This document shows, one piece after another, positions 1-10,527 of a stretch of 64,000 nucleotides of DNA. Source of the DNA: Candidatus Latescibacterota bacterium (GTDB lineage Bacteria; Latescibacterota; UBA2968; UBA8231); NCBI GenBank assembly GCA_965204725.1, contig OZ242005.1:992001-1056000 (forward strand), read 5' to 3'. Position 1 is the stretch's first letter. Each line of letters begins with the position of its first letter. A program made the translations under genes and the position numbers. The notes under the pieces are model-generated. The model was given only the letters and a program-made list of their open reading frames with translations. It ran no database searches and was not told the origin of the DNA.

Positions 1-1
1 C

Positions 2-334
2 GACTTTGCCGGCCATTGGTACTACGCCGATGTCAAAGACTGCGAGATTAGCGAGCGGATGCTCTACCGCCAAGGCATCATTGGCAATTGGTGGTGGCAA
101 TACCGCGTCCCCGGCCGCGGCCAGCTCAACTGGAGCACCATCATCGGCGCGCTGTGGGAATCCGGCTACGACTACGTGCTGTGCGTCGAAAACGAGGACC
201 GCGGCTTTCCCGGGCTAGAGGGCTTTGCCTTTGGCGGCCGCCACTTACGAGGCTTGCTACCGCCCAAGGAATCGAACTTTAAGCGGCAAGGCTCCCCTTG
301 GCAGACGAGCGGGTGGGAGCGCAGGGCTGAGTGA
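2..334 (+). CDS. Sugar phosphate isomerase/epimerase (xylose-isomerase-like TIM barrel), 5'-truncated by window edge
   Basis: Frame is open from the window start: [13 protein letters not shown]...[11 protein letters not shown]...[12 protein letters not shown], matching the C-terminal KD / PGxG / GYD...ExE motifs of this family. Confidence 0.75.
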   Translation, partial: DFAGHWYYADVKDCEISERMLYRQGIIGNWWWQYRVPGRGQLNWSTIIGALWESGYDYVLCVENEDRGFPGLEGFAFGGRHLRGLLPPKESNFKRQGSPWQTSGWERRAE

Positions 335-395
335 CGCTTGCCGTTGGGACCGTTTGCCCTATTATTTGCCACGCGCAACCAGCCACAGAGGAGCC

Positions 396-2069
396 ATGAG
401 CACAAACAAAAACCGCGACTTCATCCGCGAAGCCATTGACGCCGATCTCAAAAGCGGCCGCTACGACAAGGTCATTACCCGCTTCCCACCCGAGCCGAAC
501 GCATACCTGCACATCGGCAGCGTCAAGGCCATCTCGATCAACTTCGGCATTGCCGCCGACTACGGAGGCCAGTGCAACCTCCGCTACGACGACACCAACC
601 CCACGCGCGAAGAGCAAGAATACGTGGATTCCATGCAGGAGGACATTCGCTGGCTCGGCTACGACTGGGGGCCTCGGCCCTACTACGCTTCCGATTACTT
701 CGACCAGCTCTACGACTGGGCCGTCGTGCTCATCAAAAAGGGCTTGGCATACGTGGATGACCAGACTGCGGACGCGATCCGGGAAAACCGCGGTACGCTC
801 ACCGAGCCGGGCAAAAACAGCCCGTACCGCGACCGCTCCATCGAGCAAAACCTCCACCTTTTCGAGCAAATGAAAGCCGGCGCGTTCCCCGATGGCAGCC
901 GCGTGTTGCGCGCCAAAATCGACATGACCGCGCCCAACATCAACCTGCGCGACCCGGTCCTGTACCGCATCATGCACACCCCCCATCACCGCACCGGCGA
1001 CGCTTGGTGCATCTATCCGCTCTACGACTGGGCCCACGGCCAGAGCGACTCCATTGAGGGCGTTACGCACTCGTTGTGCTCGGACGAATTTATCAACAAT
1101 CGCCCCCTGTACGATTGGTTCATCCAACAGCTCGGCATCTTCCCCTCGCGCCAAATCGAATTCGCCCGCGGCAACATCACGTACACGGTTTTGTCCAAGC
1201 GCTACATCCGGCAGCTCATCGAGCAAAAGCGGGTGTCTGGCTGGGACGATCCCCGGCTCTACACCTTGCGCGGCCTGCGCCGCTTGGGCTGCCCGCCCGA
1301 AGCCATCCGCCGCTTCTGGGCCGAAGCGGGCATCGCCCGCCGCGGCAACAACATCGACGTCTCGCTCCTCGAATACTGCATCCGCGACCAGCTCAACAAG
1401 ACCGCGCCGCGCCGCATGGCCGTGCTCAATCCGCTCAAGGTCGTCATTGAAAACTACCCAGCGGACCAAAGCGAAATGCTAACGGCCATCAACAACCCAG
1501 AAGACGAAAGCGCCGGCACCCGCTCCATCCCCTTTTCGCGGCACCTCTACATCGAGCGCGAAGACTTTATGGAAGACCCGCCGCGCAAGTTCTTTCGCCT
1601 CGCCCCGGGCCGCGAAATCCGCCTGCGCTACGCCTATTTCATCACCTGTACCGAGGTGGTCAAAGACGACCACGGCGAGGTCGTCGAATTGCGCTGCACG
1701 TACGACCCAGCCACTCGGGGCGGCAATGCCCCCGACGGCCGCAAGGTCAAAGCCACCCTGCACTGGGTCTCGGCCCCCCATGCGGCCCCAGCCGAGGTGC
1801 GGCTCTACGACCGGCTCTTCAAGGTCGAAAAACCGCTCGAAGCGCCGCCCGGAGGCACTTGGCTGGACAACCTCAACCCAGACTCGCTCAAAGTCCTCAA
1901 CCCCTGCTATCTAGAGCCATCCCTCGTCGAGATGGCCCCGGGGGATTCCTGCCAATTTGAGCGGCTCGGCTACTTCTGCGCCGATAGCTCGGACCACGCC
2001 CCGGACGCGCCTGTCTTTAACCGCACCGTCACCTTGCGCGACACTTGGGCGCGGCTGCAAAAGCGCTAA
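396..2069 (+). CDS. glnS: Glutamine--tRNA ligase
   Basis: [68 protein letters not shown]; GAGGAG RBS before ATG 396. Confidence 0.95.
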   Translation: MSTNKNRDFIREAIDADLKSGRYDKVITRFPPEPNAYLHIGSVKAISINFGIAADYGGQCNLRYDDTNPTREEQEYVDSMQEDIRWLGYDWGPRPYYASDYFDQLYDWAVVLIKKGLAYVDDQTADAIRENRGTLTEPGKNSPYRDRSIEQNLHLFEQMKAGAFPDGSRVLRAKIDMTAPNINLRDPVLYRIMHTPHHRTGDAWCIYPLYDWAHGQSDSIEGVTHSLCSDEFINNRPLYDWFIQQLGIFPSRQIEFARGNITYTVLSKRYIRQLIEQKRVSGWDDPRLYTLRGLRRLGCPPEAIRRFWAEAGIARRGNNIDVSLLEYCIRDQLNKTAPRRMAVLNPLKVVIENYPADQSEMLTAINNPEDESAGTRSIPFSRHLYIEREDFMEDPPRKFFRLAPGREIRLRYAYFITCTEVVKDDHGEVVELRCTYDPATRGGNAPDGRKVKATLHWVSAPHAAPAEVRLYDRLFKVEKPLEAPPGGTWLDNLNPDSLKVLNPCYLEPSLVEMAPGDSCQFERLGYFCADSSDHAPDAPVFNRTVTLRDTWARLQKR

Positions 2070-2085
2070 GGCCCTCCCGCCGCGC

Positions 2086-2856
2086 ATGCGGGTTTCGCGC
2101 CTCCTATCGGCCTTGCTGCTGGCGGCCCCGGTTGCCGCCGAAGAGGTCTTCGTGCCGGCCGGTCCCTTCACCATGGGCATCGACCACCCGCGCGCCACCG
2201 ACGAAAAGCCCCGCCGCCAAGTCTATCTCAGCGCCTTTTCCATCGACCGCTACGAGGTCACCAACGCCCGCTTCGCCGCCTTTGTCGCGGCGACCGGCTA
2301 CCAGACGGAGGCGGAAAAACGCGGGGTGGAAAAGGCCGATGGCATTAGCTGGCGTCAGCCCCACGGCCCCGGCGCGGCGGCCGCTCCAAACCATCCGGTC
2401 GTCTATGTTAGCTGGCGCGATGCCGAGGCGTATTGCGCTTGGCGCGGCGGTCGGCTGCCCACCGAGGCCGAGTGGGAAAAAAGTGCCCGCGGCTCCGATG
2501 GTCGGCTCTGGCCTTGGGGCGCGGCGTTTGCCGCTGGCCGCGCCAATGTTTGGGGCGCGGAAGACGGCTATGCCGGGTTGGCTCCGGTCGGCTCTTTTCC
2601 CGCCGGCGCCAGCCCGTACGGCGCACTCGATCTAGCCGGTAACGTGTGGGAGTGGTGCGCCGACTGGTACGACGCCGACTATTATGCCACAGCACCGACC
2701 CAAGACCCGCAAGGGCCAGCGACTGGCCGCTTCAAGGTCTTGCGCGGCGGCTCGTGGATCAACCGCGGCCCCACGCTGCGGAGCATCAACCGCTTCGAGG
2801 TCCTGCCCGTAGAGCGCAGCCCCTATATCGGTTTCCGCTGCGCTCGCTCTCCATGA
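2086..2856 (+). CDS. Secreted FGE-sulfatase (SUMF1-fold) domain protein, probably non-catalytic
   Basis: Signal peptide; FTMG, EVTNARF, HPVVYVSW, RLPTEAEWEK, GNVWEW, RGGSW, GFRC; lacks the CxxxxC pair after RGGSW. Confidence 0.88.
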   Translation: MRVSRLLSALLLAAPVAAEEVFVPAGPFTMGIDHPRATDEKPRRQVYLSAFSIDRYEVTNARFAAFVAATGYQTEAEKRGVEKADGISWRQPHGPGAAAAPNHPVVYVSWRDAEAYCAWRGGRLPTEAEWEKSARGSDGRLWPWGAAFAAGRANVWGAEDGYAGLAPVGSFPAGASPYGALDLAGNVWEWCADWYDADYYATAPTQDPQGPATGRFKVLRGGSWINRGPTLRSINRFEVLPVERSPYIGFRCARSP

Positions 2857-4511
2857 CCCTGCTCATCGCGCTCTGGGCCGCACTTTTAGCGGCCTGCGAC
2901 GCGCCGACTCCCTCGCCGGCCCCCCCGCGCTTTGCCGAAGTGACCAAAGCCGCGGGACTTCACTTTGAGATGCGTTCCGGCGGGCAGGTCAAAAACTATA
3001 TCGTTGAAGCCAAGGGCGGCGGGGGCGCGTTTTTCGACTACGATGGCGACGGTTGGCTCGACATCTACTTGGTCAACGGCTCGCGGTTGGAAGGCTATCC
3101 CGACTCGACCTCGGCCCCGACTAACGCCCTCTACCGCAACTTGGGCGACGGCACCTTTAAGGACTATACCCGCTCAGCCGGGGTTGGCGATGCGGGTTGG
3201 GGCATGGGCTGCGCGGTGGCCGATTACGACCGGGACGGCGACCTCGACCTCTACGTGACCAATTACGGCCCCAACGTCCTGTACCGGAACGAGGGCACGG
3301 GCCGGTTCCGCGACGTCGGTCAGACCGCCGGCGTCGATCTAGCGGGCTGGAGCACCGGGGCTAGCTTCGGCGATTACGACCGGGACGGTGATCTCGACCT
3401 CTACGTGGCCCAGTACTTGGACTTTGCGCCCGAGCGCGTTCCGCCCCGGGGCGGAATGTGGAAGGGGGTTCTGGTCTTTGCTGGCCCATCCGGCCTCCCC
3501 GGGGCTCAAGACGTCCTGTACCGGAACGAGGGCGATGGCCGATTCCGCGACGTCACGCGCCAAGCCGGGGTCGATCAACCGACGCCGACCTACGGCCTGA
3601 GCGTCCTTTTTTGCGATTACGACCAAGACGGCGACTCAGACCTCTACGTCGCCAATGACTCGGCCCCCAATTTTCTCTATCGGAACGAAGGAAACGGCCA
3701 ATTCCGCGACGTCGGCGTGGAAGCTGGCGCCGCTCTCAGTGCCGAGGGTGGGGCGCAAGCGGGCATGGGCATCGCGTATGGGGACTGCGATGGCGATGGC
3801 GACAGCGACCTTTTGGTCACCCACTTTGAGGACGACTACAACACCCTGTACCGCAATCGCAGCGACGGGACCTTTGCCGTGGCCAGTGCTGCGGCCGGCC
3901 TCGCCGAGCCGAGCCTGCCCCACTTGGCCTTTGGCGCGTGTTTTTTCGATTACGACAACGACCAAGACCAAGACCTCTTCGTCGCCAACGGCCACGTCTA
4001 TCCCCAAATGCGACACCTGAACCCAGACGGGTACGCCGAACCCAACCAGCTTTTTGCCAATCAGGGCTTGGCCGCTGACTACCGCTTCGCGGAAGTGGTC
4101 GCCGGGGATATAAGCCGCCCGGCCGTCAGCCGCGGCGTCGCCCAAGGGGACTATGACAACGATGGAGATGTAGATCTTTTGGTCTGCAACCTCGACGGAC
4201 CGCCGCAACTGTTGCGCAACGACGGCGGCAACCAGCGCAACTATCTGAGCCTGCTGTTGGTCGGTACTGCGTCCAATCGCGATGGCATTGGGGCGCGGGT
4301 TTCCGCCGTCAGTGGCGGGGTCGAACAGGTCGTCGAGCGGGTCAGTGGCGGCAGCTTTCTCTCGCACAGCGACGGGCGCATCCACTTGGGCTTGGGCGCG
4401 AACACCATGGCCGAGCGCGTTGAAATCCACTGGCCTTCGGGCCGCGTCCAGCGCTTAGAGGACGTGGCCGCGAATCAGTTTTTGGTGGTAGAAGAACCGG
4501 GGCCGTACTGA
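2853..4511 (+). CDS. CRTAC1-family lipoprotein (FG-GAP/VCBS repeats + ASPIC/UnbV)
   Basis: LAAC lipobox; repeated DYDxDGDLD blades; C-terminal SNRDGIGARV...HLGLG...IHWPSG; ATGA overlap with upstream gene. Confidence 0.92.
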   Translation: MTLLIALWAALLAACDAPTPSPAPPRFAEVTKAAGLHFEMRSGGQVKNYIVEAKGGGGAFFDYDGDGWLDIYLVNGSRLEGYPDSTSAPTNALYRNLGDGTFKDYTRSAGVGDAGWGMGCAVADYDRDGDLDLYVTNYGPNVLYRNEGTGRFRDVGQTAGVDLAGWSTGASFGDYDRDGDLDLYVAQYLDFAPERVPPRGGMWKGVLVFAGPSGLPGAQDVLYRNEGDGRFRDVTRQAGVDQPTPTYGLSVLFCDYDQDGDSDLYVANDSAPNFLYRNEGNGQFRDVGVEAGAALSAEGGAQAGMGIAYGDCDGDGDSDLLVTHFEDDYNTLYRNRSDGTFAVASAAAGLAEPSLPHLAFGACFFDYDNDQDQDLFVANGHVYPQMRHLNPDGYAEPNQLFANQGLAADYRFAEVVAGDISRPAVSRGVAQGDYDNDGDVDLLVCNLDGPPQLLRNDGGNQRNYLSLLLVGTASNRDGIGARVSAVSGGVEQVVERVSGGSFLSHSDGRIHLGLGANTMAERVEIHWPSGRVQRLEDVAANQFLVVEEPGPY

Positions 4512-4513
4512 TC

Positions 4514-5355
4514 TCATGGCTGCCAACACGCATCAATCCGCTGCATCTGCTCGATTGTAAAGCGCAATGCGTTGGCGATGTTTTGAATGGCCTCTATCTC
4601 GTCCAGCGAAAGCGTCCGGCCCTTGCGCGACTTGAGGTACGTGTCGAGCACTGCGTAGCCGTCAATATGAAATTCCCACACGTCCTGCGGCACCGCGGAG
4701 AAATAGTCCGTCTTGTTGATGTACAACCGCTCGTGTTTGGCGTCGTACTGTACATTTTCTACGTCGAAGTCGCCGCCCGTGACATCTACCGCCACCGCTT
4801 GCGGTATCGACTTAAACAAGTGAACTTGCAACAATTCCCAGCCGAGCGTTGACAGTTTGGCGAAAGTCTCGCGCTCATCGACAAAGGGAATGTGCGCGAA
4901 GTCCCGCTTGAGAAGCTCCCGATATTTTGTGCGGTACGTCGGACTGTGCATTACGGCGTACATATAGCCCAAGAGAACTTCTGGACTGTAGCAACATTTG
5001 TATTTCTCGTCCGCGAATTTGCGGAATTGCGGACTAAAGTTTTCAATCCGCTCTTTTCCCTCGAAAGGATCGACTTCCTCGAACAGCGTCCTCGCGGTTT
5101 GTAGCCGATCCGGTGTTTGGTAGAGGTAAAGCGGGAAGAGATAACTTATGTCGTAGCGACTGCCGGCTTTATGGGAGATGATGTGCTCGGTTGCGAGTAC
5201 GGTCCAATCGTCTTTCGTGATCCGCGTCGTAACAAGGCCGATGTTCTCTCCCGCCAGCATGTGGCGCATTGTGTCATGCACTGGCCATCCTAAAAATCCT
5301 TTTGATAGATTTGTATGATAGGTCCATCTAAAATCAAAAGGTCTGTGCAAACATA
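4514..5355 (-). pseudogene. C-terminal specificity-domain remnant of a type ISP/IIG-like restriction-modification enzyme
   Basis: HRPFDFRW, YLFPLYLY, YMYAVMHSPTYRTKY...LKRDFAHIP, VWEFHIDGYAVLDTYLKSRKGR; helicase/MTase portion absent; 5' end cut at the IS end. Confidence 0.75.
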
Positions 5356-6002
5356 TAGCGATCCGACCCCCAAGCGGGGATCGCACGGCGCGCCGAGATA
5401 AAAAAAACTAGCCGCGCATAAGGAGGACCTCCAAGCGGGTCGTCTCCGTGCCTTTTTTGTCGACGAGTCGCACCTACACTGGGGCGATGCCTGTGGGTAT
5501 GCTTGGGGACGGTCGGGTCAACGGCGTACGGTGTGCATTGAAAATGAACGGCAACGGCAAACCTATTATGGGGCCTTGGATGGGGTTAAGGGCACCTTCC
5601 TCATGCAAAGCTACCCGAAGGCGAATTCACAGCATACGGTGGACTTTATACGCTATATACAACAGCGTCGTCCCGGTCAGCAGGTGTTGATCTTTTGGGA
5701 TGGGGCGTCCTACCATTATCAACAGGCCATGCGGGCTTTTCTCAAAACAATCCAAGCACACCGACCGACCGATGAATGGAAGGTACGCTGTATGCGATGT
5801 AGCCCCTTATACACCACAAGAAAATCCCATCGAAGATATTTGGTTAAAAGGGAAAACCTTTGTGCGTACTCATGCGTTGTGGACCACAAGCTTTGAACAG
5901 ATCAAAGACCTATTTGTCGAGGGCATTCGACAGAAAAAATACTTCCATTTTCCTAAGTTACAGCAATATATAACATCTCTTAAATGATGTAGAATTGCTA
6001 TA
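5354..6002 (+). mobile_element. IS630-family remnant (internally deleted, frameshifted transposase)
   Basis: FVDESHLHWGDACGYAWG, TYYGAL, IFWDGASYH, APYTPQENPIEDIW (DDE triad spread over two frames); slippery A8C at 5400-5408; imperfect inverted ends TATAGCGATCC / GAATTGCTATA with flanking TA. Confidence 0.85.
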
Positions 6003-6100
6003 TAGCCATCCTAAATGACTTGAAAGCATGGAATTTTGCCTACGAGGAGTCATTCCCGCGAACGCGGGAATCCAGTCTTGAGTGATGTATGGTTGCTATA
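6001..6100. mobile_element. Putative ~100 bp TA-flanked MITE containing a REP-like palindrome
   Basis: Ends TATAGCCATCC / ATGGTTGCTATA; internal GTCATTCCCGCGAACGCGGGAATCCAG (6049-6075); related reversed copy at 35410. Confidence 0.6.
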
Positions 6101-6127
6101 TCTATAACTTAAGCCGGGTGGTGAAAC

Positions 6128-8236
6128 TCACGGCAACTTCGTCGTCTTTTTCGCTTCTACCTGTCCGTCGATTTCGACCTGATAGAGATACACGCCGGCG
6201 GCCACGTCTTTGCCCGTCTCGTCGCGGCCATCCCATATCAACCGATGGCTGCCGGCCCCCAGCGGCCCCTGCCACACCTGACGCACTCGACGACCCAACA
6301 CGTCGTACACCGTCAGCGACACGCGCTCCGTGTCCTCGGCCAAATCAAGGGGCAGCACCACCGCCGGATTGAACGGATTGGGATAGCTGTCGCCCAGCCG
6401 ATGCTGCGCCGGCAGGGCTGCCGCTAGCGTCCGTACCGCTGTTAGCGGACCGCCCTGCAAACTCTTGAGCAGATGCACTCCGCCCAAGACCGGATCCAAC
6501 ACCACCAAATCGACATCGCCGTCGCCATCAACATCGCCCGGCAGCACCTGTACCCCATCGCCCGCTAAGCGATGCGTTTCCACTGCTTCTGTTGGGTTCA
6601 CGCCCCCGCCCCATTCGACGAACACCCCAAAGCCCGAAGCGCGATCGCCGCCGACAAACGCCCAATCCTCGACCCCATCGGCATTCAAGTCGCGCACCAC
6701 TACCGGCGAGCGCAAAAACAGCCGCTCATCATACAACACCTCCGCCTCCACATCGCCTCCGGGTCGGCTACGCCGTACAACCAGTCCCTTGCGTTGTTCG
6801 GTCCCGTCGTAGCGCAGGGCCGTCAGCAGCTCTATCTGCCCATCGTCATCCACATCGTTCCCATATAAAAAAAGAGGCCAACCACCCGACTCAAAAGCCA
6901 ATGGCTCGCCCGCTAGAGACGCTTCCCCCAAGCGAGTCACCTGCCATGAGTACGCGTCGCCGAAGACCGACATCCATAGACCCTCCAACATCCCGTTGCC
7001 GGTAAGGTCGCCGATCTGATAGAGGTAGAGGGGGCCGTTTTCAGGTTTCGCCAATCGCGAGGACGACCACACCCCATTTGCTACATCCCATACTTCAAAA
7101 TAGGACTCGCCGTCCGTTGGATATCCGTTTGCATCGTATTCGAGTGCTGTGGAAAAAAGTTCGACATCGCCGTCGCCATCCCAATCCGCTAGGCCCTTAA
7201 ATAAACGGTCTCTCATCTGCACGAGCTCCTCGATCGCAAGGGCTGATCCCATAGACACAACTGCTATGTCAAGCCAGCCAGCCAGCACAATCTCGTCTTG
7301 GCCGTCGCCGGTCAAATCGCCTGCGTGTATCCCTGATAAGGCTTCCGAGACCGGCATCTCCTCTGTGAGCACGGGCTTAAAGGACCCCTCACCGTCGTTG
7401 CGGGCCACAACCCAACCGGAGATAGGCCACTTCCCCGGTGGGGTATCCTCCCAAGCAGAGAAAAGGTCTAGGTCGCCATCGCCGTCCAAGTCCGTTAAAA
7501 CGCTAGCCCTATCGAAGACGAAGATCCCCCCTAAACCCGGCACAATAGGAAGAAAGACCGGCGGAGCAAAGTACTGGCCCCCTGCAAAGCGAAAGTACTC
7601 GGCTTGAGGCGGCGGTAGTTCTCCCTGTATGATCTCTTCCACGCCGGTCAACTCAATCCAGTCAATCGCCAAGCTGCCAACTTTTTCCGCCGCAGGCCGG
7701 GGCATTCCTGTTTCACTTCGATCCAAGGAAAAACTCAGCCGAATATCCCGTACCATCCCATCCCACAGAGCCTTGCGATGACTGGCAAGGTCAATTTCTA
7801 CTTCTTGCCACTCGGTCGTATAAACGAAGTCGCCTTGTACGAGAATCCCAAACCGACCTTTCGATGGCTCAGGATCCCTACCGGGAGAAGTACGGTTGTG
7901 TTCATTCGTCCAGCGGAGGGCTAAGGAACCCAAAGTAGGACTGTGATGTGCGATCCGAAATCGGACTCGGACCCGGTCGAAAAGGCGCGAATCGTAGTCT
8001 ATCGTCGGAGAGATCACTTCGACACTCGGATTGTGGTCATCGGAGCGAAAGGTCTCGATCTCCCACACGCTGTCTTTGACCACACTGGACAATAGGTGAA
8101 AGGCATGTCGGCCACCGGATGCGAGACTCTTTTTAGCAGCCCACCCTTGCGTCGTCTCTCCGTCGAAATCCCACCGGATCGCCTCGGCCGGGCTACTCCA
8201 TACCATAAAGCCTGCAACAACAGCGAGTTTCAACAC
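6128..8236 (-). CDS. Secreted FG-GAP repeat protein with C-terminal FlgD-Ig/T9SS-like domain (paralogue 3 in transcription order)
   Basis: GGAGGG RBS and GTG start; signal peptide ending AEA; WDFDGETTQGW N-domain; DLDGDGDLD repeats; YPNPFNP...WDGRDETG...GVYLY...KTTKLP. Confidence 0.85.
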   Translation of the reverse strand: MLKLAVVAGFMVWSSPAEAIRWDFDGETTQGWAAKKSLASGGRHAFHLLSSVVKDSVWEIETFRSDDHNPSVEVISPTIDYDSRLFDRVRVRFRIAHHSPTLGSLALRWTNEHNRTSPGRDPEPSKGRFGILVQGDFVYTTEWQEVEIDLASHRKALWDGMVRDIRLSFSLDRSETGMPRPAAEKVGSLAIDWIELTGVEEIIQGELPPPQAEYFRFAGGQYFAPPVFLPIVPGLGGIFVFDRASVLTDLDGDGDLDLFSAWEDTPPGKWPISGWVVARNDGEGSFKPVLTEEMPVSEALSGIHAGDLTGDGQDEIVLAGWLDIAVVSMGSALAIEELVQMRDRLFKGLADWDGDGDVELFSTALEYDANGYPTDGESYFEVWDVANGVWSSSRLAKPENGPLYLYQIGDLTGNGMLEGLWMSVFGDAYSWQVTRLGEASLAGEPLAFESGGWPLFLYGNDVDDDGQIELLTALRYDGTEQRKGLVVRRSRPGGDVEAEVLYDERLFLRSPVVVRDLNADGVEDWAFVGGDRASGFGVFVEWGGGVNPTEAVETHRLAGDGVQVLPGDVDGDGDVDLVVLDPVLGGVHLLKSLQGGPLTAVRTLAAALPAQHRLGDSYPNPFNPAVVLPLDLAEDTERVSLTVYDVLGRRVRQVWQGPLGAGSHRLIWDGRDETGKDVAAGVYLYQVEIDGQVEAKKTTKLP

Positions 8237-8298
8237 GATCGTTATACCCTCCCGGCGGTCCCGCAGCGGCGGCCCGAACAACAACATCGGCAAGCGGT

Positions 8299-10488
8299 CT
8301 AAGGCAACTTCGTCGTCTTTTTTGTTTCTATCTGTCCGTCGATTTCGACCCGATAGATGTACACACCGGCGGCCACGTCTTTGCCCGTCTCGTCGCGGCC
8401 ATCCCATATCAACCGATGGCTACCCGTCCCCAGCGGCCCGTCCCACATCTGCCGCACTCGACGACCTAGCACATCGTACACCGTCAGCGACACGCGCTCC
8501 GCGTTCTCGGCTAAATCGAGGGGCAGCACCACCGCCGGATTGAACGGATTGGGATAGCTGTCGCCCAGCCGATGCTGCGCCGGGCGTGTTGCCGTCGGCG
8601 TCAGCACGGCGGTCTGCTGCCCGCTTAGCGGATTCTTGAGCACATGCACGCCCTCTAAAGCCCGATCCAACACCACTAAATCCACATCGCTGTCACCATC
8701 CACATCGCCGGGCAGCACTGCCACGCCATTCCCCTCCAGTCCCGACGGCACATCCCCGGCTTCCAAACGCTCCACACCCGCGCCACTCAAGCGATGCCAT
8801 TCCACCACTCTATTCGGATGCAAGCCACCACCCCAGACGACGAATACGCCAAAACCCAACGCATAATCCCCGCCGATAAATGCCCAATCGTCCAAGCCGT
8901 CGGCATTCAGGTCGCGCACCACCACCGACGAGCGTAGGAACAGATACTCATCATAGAGCACCGTTTTTCTTATTCCATCGGGGCGGCTACTCCACACGGC
9001 CAACCCCTTGCGCTGCTCTTGGAAGTCCTCGCGGAAGCCCGCCAGTAAGTCCACTTGCCCATCGGCGTCGAAATCGCCGGCGCGACCGGCGAGGAGAGAA
9101 AACGGCATGATCTTTTCAAAGAGCACCCCCTGTGTCGGGTCGGCCCCGAAGCCCGTCACGCGAAACGAGATGGCTTGTTCAAACAGCTCCGTCTCCCAAA
9201 AAGCGGGTGGCCCCCACAGCACCTCCAGCACCCCATCGCCCGTAAAGTCGCCGATCTGATGCGCCCACGATAGCTCGGAAGCCGGGGCGGGAACCGGCCA
9301 CTCGGAGAACGTCCACACCCCGTTTACCAAGTCCCACCCCTCCAAAAAAGAGTCGTCCTCGTCCACAGGTTGAGCAAACACTTCCATCTGCCCATCACCA
9401 TCCCAATCGGCTAAACCTACCAATCGACGATTGGGCTTCTGCACGAGTTGCTGCAACTGGAACTCTTCTCCGACAGACCAAACTCCGAGGTCCGACCTTT
9501 CGAGGCTCATCACCATTTCGGCGCGGCCATCGCCGGTCACATCGCCGACAGATAGCCTCGGATAATACGCTGGGTCCTCCAGCGGCTCGACGCGGACGGT
9601 TTCAAACGCTCCTTCTCCGTTGTTGCGCGCTATGACCCAGCCGCCGAGTTGCTCCTCTAACCTCCAGAAGAAGGCGCACAGATCGAGGTCGCCATCGCCA
9701 TCTAAGTCAGTCAAGACCCCTTGTTGGGCGTCGCCTAAGAGACGAAATAAGCCTAAGCCTCGCGCAATCGGGTAGAACACCGGCGGCGCAAAAACCGTAG
9801 GGCCTTCAATGCCTAGGTCGAATACCGGCGGCCGAGGCAATTCGCCCTGTAGCACCTCTTCCACCCCGGTCAACTCAATCCAATCCACTTCCAAAGCCGA
9901 CACCTTCGTCGAAGCCGGCCGGTTAATCATAGACAGGGTCATATCCTCCAAGCCAAACAGCAGGCGAATGTCGTCTAACGGCCCCTCCCATAAGCGCTGA
10001 TACCCGAAGGAACTCTCCTCCATGTCAACCAACGAAAACTCAACCTCCTGCCATTCGGTCGTATATACGAACTCGCCATAGTCCTCGTTTGCCTGAAGAT
10101 AAAATCGCCCCCTCGGTAGAGGGTCACTCCCCGGAAACATGAGGTTGTGTTCATTGGTCCATTGGAGCAGTAAAGCTCCTGTTGTCGGGCTAGGATGGAC
10201 TGTGCGGAACCGCACCCGCACCCGGTCGAAAAGGTGGGAATCATGGCCGATCGTTGGAGAAATCAAGGTGACCCCTGCTCCACTGAGGCCGTCGGTGCGA
10301 AAGGCATTAATCCGCCACACCCCCGCTTCGACCGCCCCAGACAACGGGTGAAATTGATGGTCTCCCCCGGACCGAATAGGTTTCTTGGCCCCCCATCCTT
10401 GCGTCGTCCCGTCGTCGAAATCCCACCGGATCGCCATCGCCGGGCTACCCAACAGCACCATCCCCACACAAATAGAAATGAGCAACAC
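8299..10488 (-). CDS. Secreted FG-GAP repeat protein with C-terminal FlgD-Ig/T9SS-like domain (paralogue 2)
   Basis: GGAGG RBS, signal peptide ending AMA, same architecture as its neighbours. Confidence 0.85.
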   Translation of the reverse strand: MLLISICVGMVLLGSPAMAIRWDFDDGTTQGWGAKKPIRSGGDHQFHPLSGAVEAGVWRINAFRTDGLSGAGVTLISPTIGHDSHLFDRVRVRFRTVHPSPTTGALLLQWTNEHNLMFPGSDPLPRGRFYLQANEDYGEFVYTTEWQEVEFSLVDMEESSFGYQRLWEGPLDDIRLLFGLEDMTLSMINRPASTKVSALEVDWIELTGVEEVLQGELPRPPVFDLGIEGPTVFAPPVFYPIARGLGLFRLLGDAQQGVLTDLDGDGDLDLCAFFWRLEEQLGGWVIARNNGEGAFETVRVEPLEDPAYYPRLSVGDVTGDGRAEMVMSLERSDLGVWSVGEEFQLQQLVQKPNRRLVGLADWDGDGQMEVFAQPVDEDDSFLEGWDLVNGVWTFSEWPVPAPASELSWAHQIGDFTGDGVLEVLWGPPAFWETELFEQAISFRVTGFGADPTQGVLFEKIMPFSLLAGRAGDFDADGQVDLLAGFREDFQEQRKGLAVWSSRPDGIRKTVLYDEYLFLRSSVVVRDLNADGLDDWAFIGGDYALGFGVFVVWGGGLHPNRVVEWHRLSGAGVERLEAGDVPSGLEGNGVAVLPGDVDGDSDVDLVVLDRALEGVHVLKNPLSGQQTAVLTPTATRPAQHRLGDSYPNPFNPAVVLPLDLAENAERVSLTVYDVLGRRVRQMWDGPLGTGSHRLIWDGRDETGKDVAAGVYIYRVEIDGQIETKKTTKLP

Positions 10489-10527
10489 GACAGCACCTCC
10501 TATCCATAATTTGAGTTGGTGTGAAAC

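Noticed and set aside
279-1469. Long antisense and alternate-frame ORFs (also 14661-15878, 27512-28798, 55237-56682, 61000-62118 and others)
   Set aside because: They shadow well-supported genes, lack motifs and are expected in high-GC DNA
2086-2856. Active formylglycine-generating enzyme
   Set aside because: Catalytic cysteine pair is absent and no sulfatase gene is adjacent
8237-8407. Extended N-termini in the ORF track (also 225-395, 22286-22510, 54359-54517)
   Set aside because: They overlap upstream genes or intergenic DNA; downstream starts have better RBS or signal-peptide context
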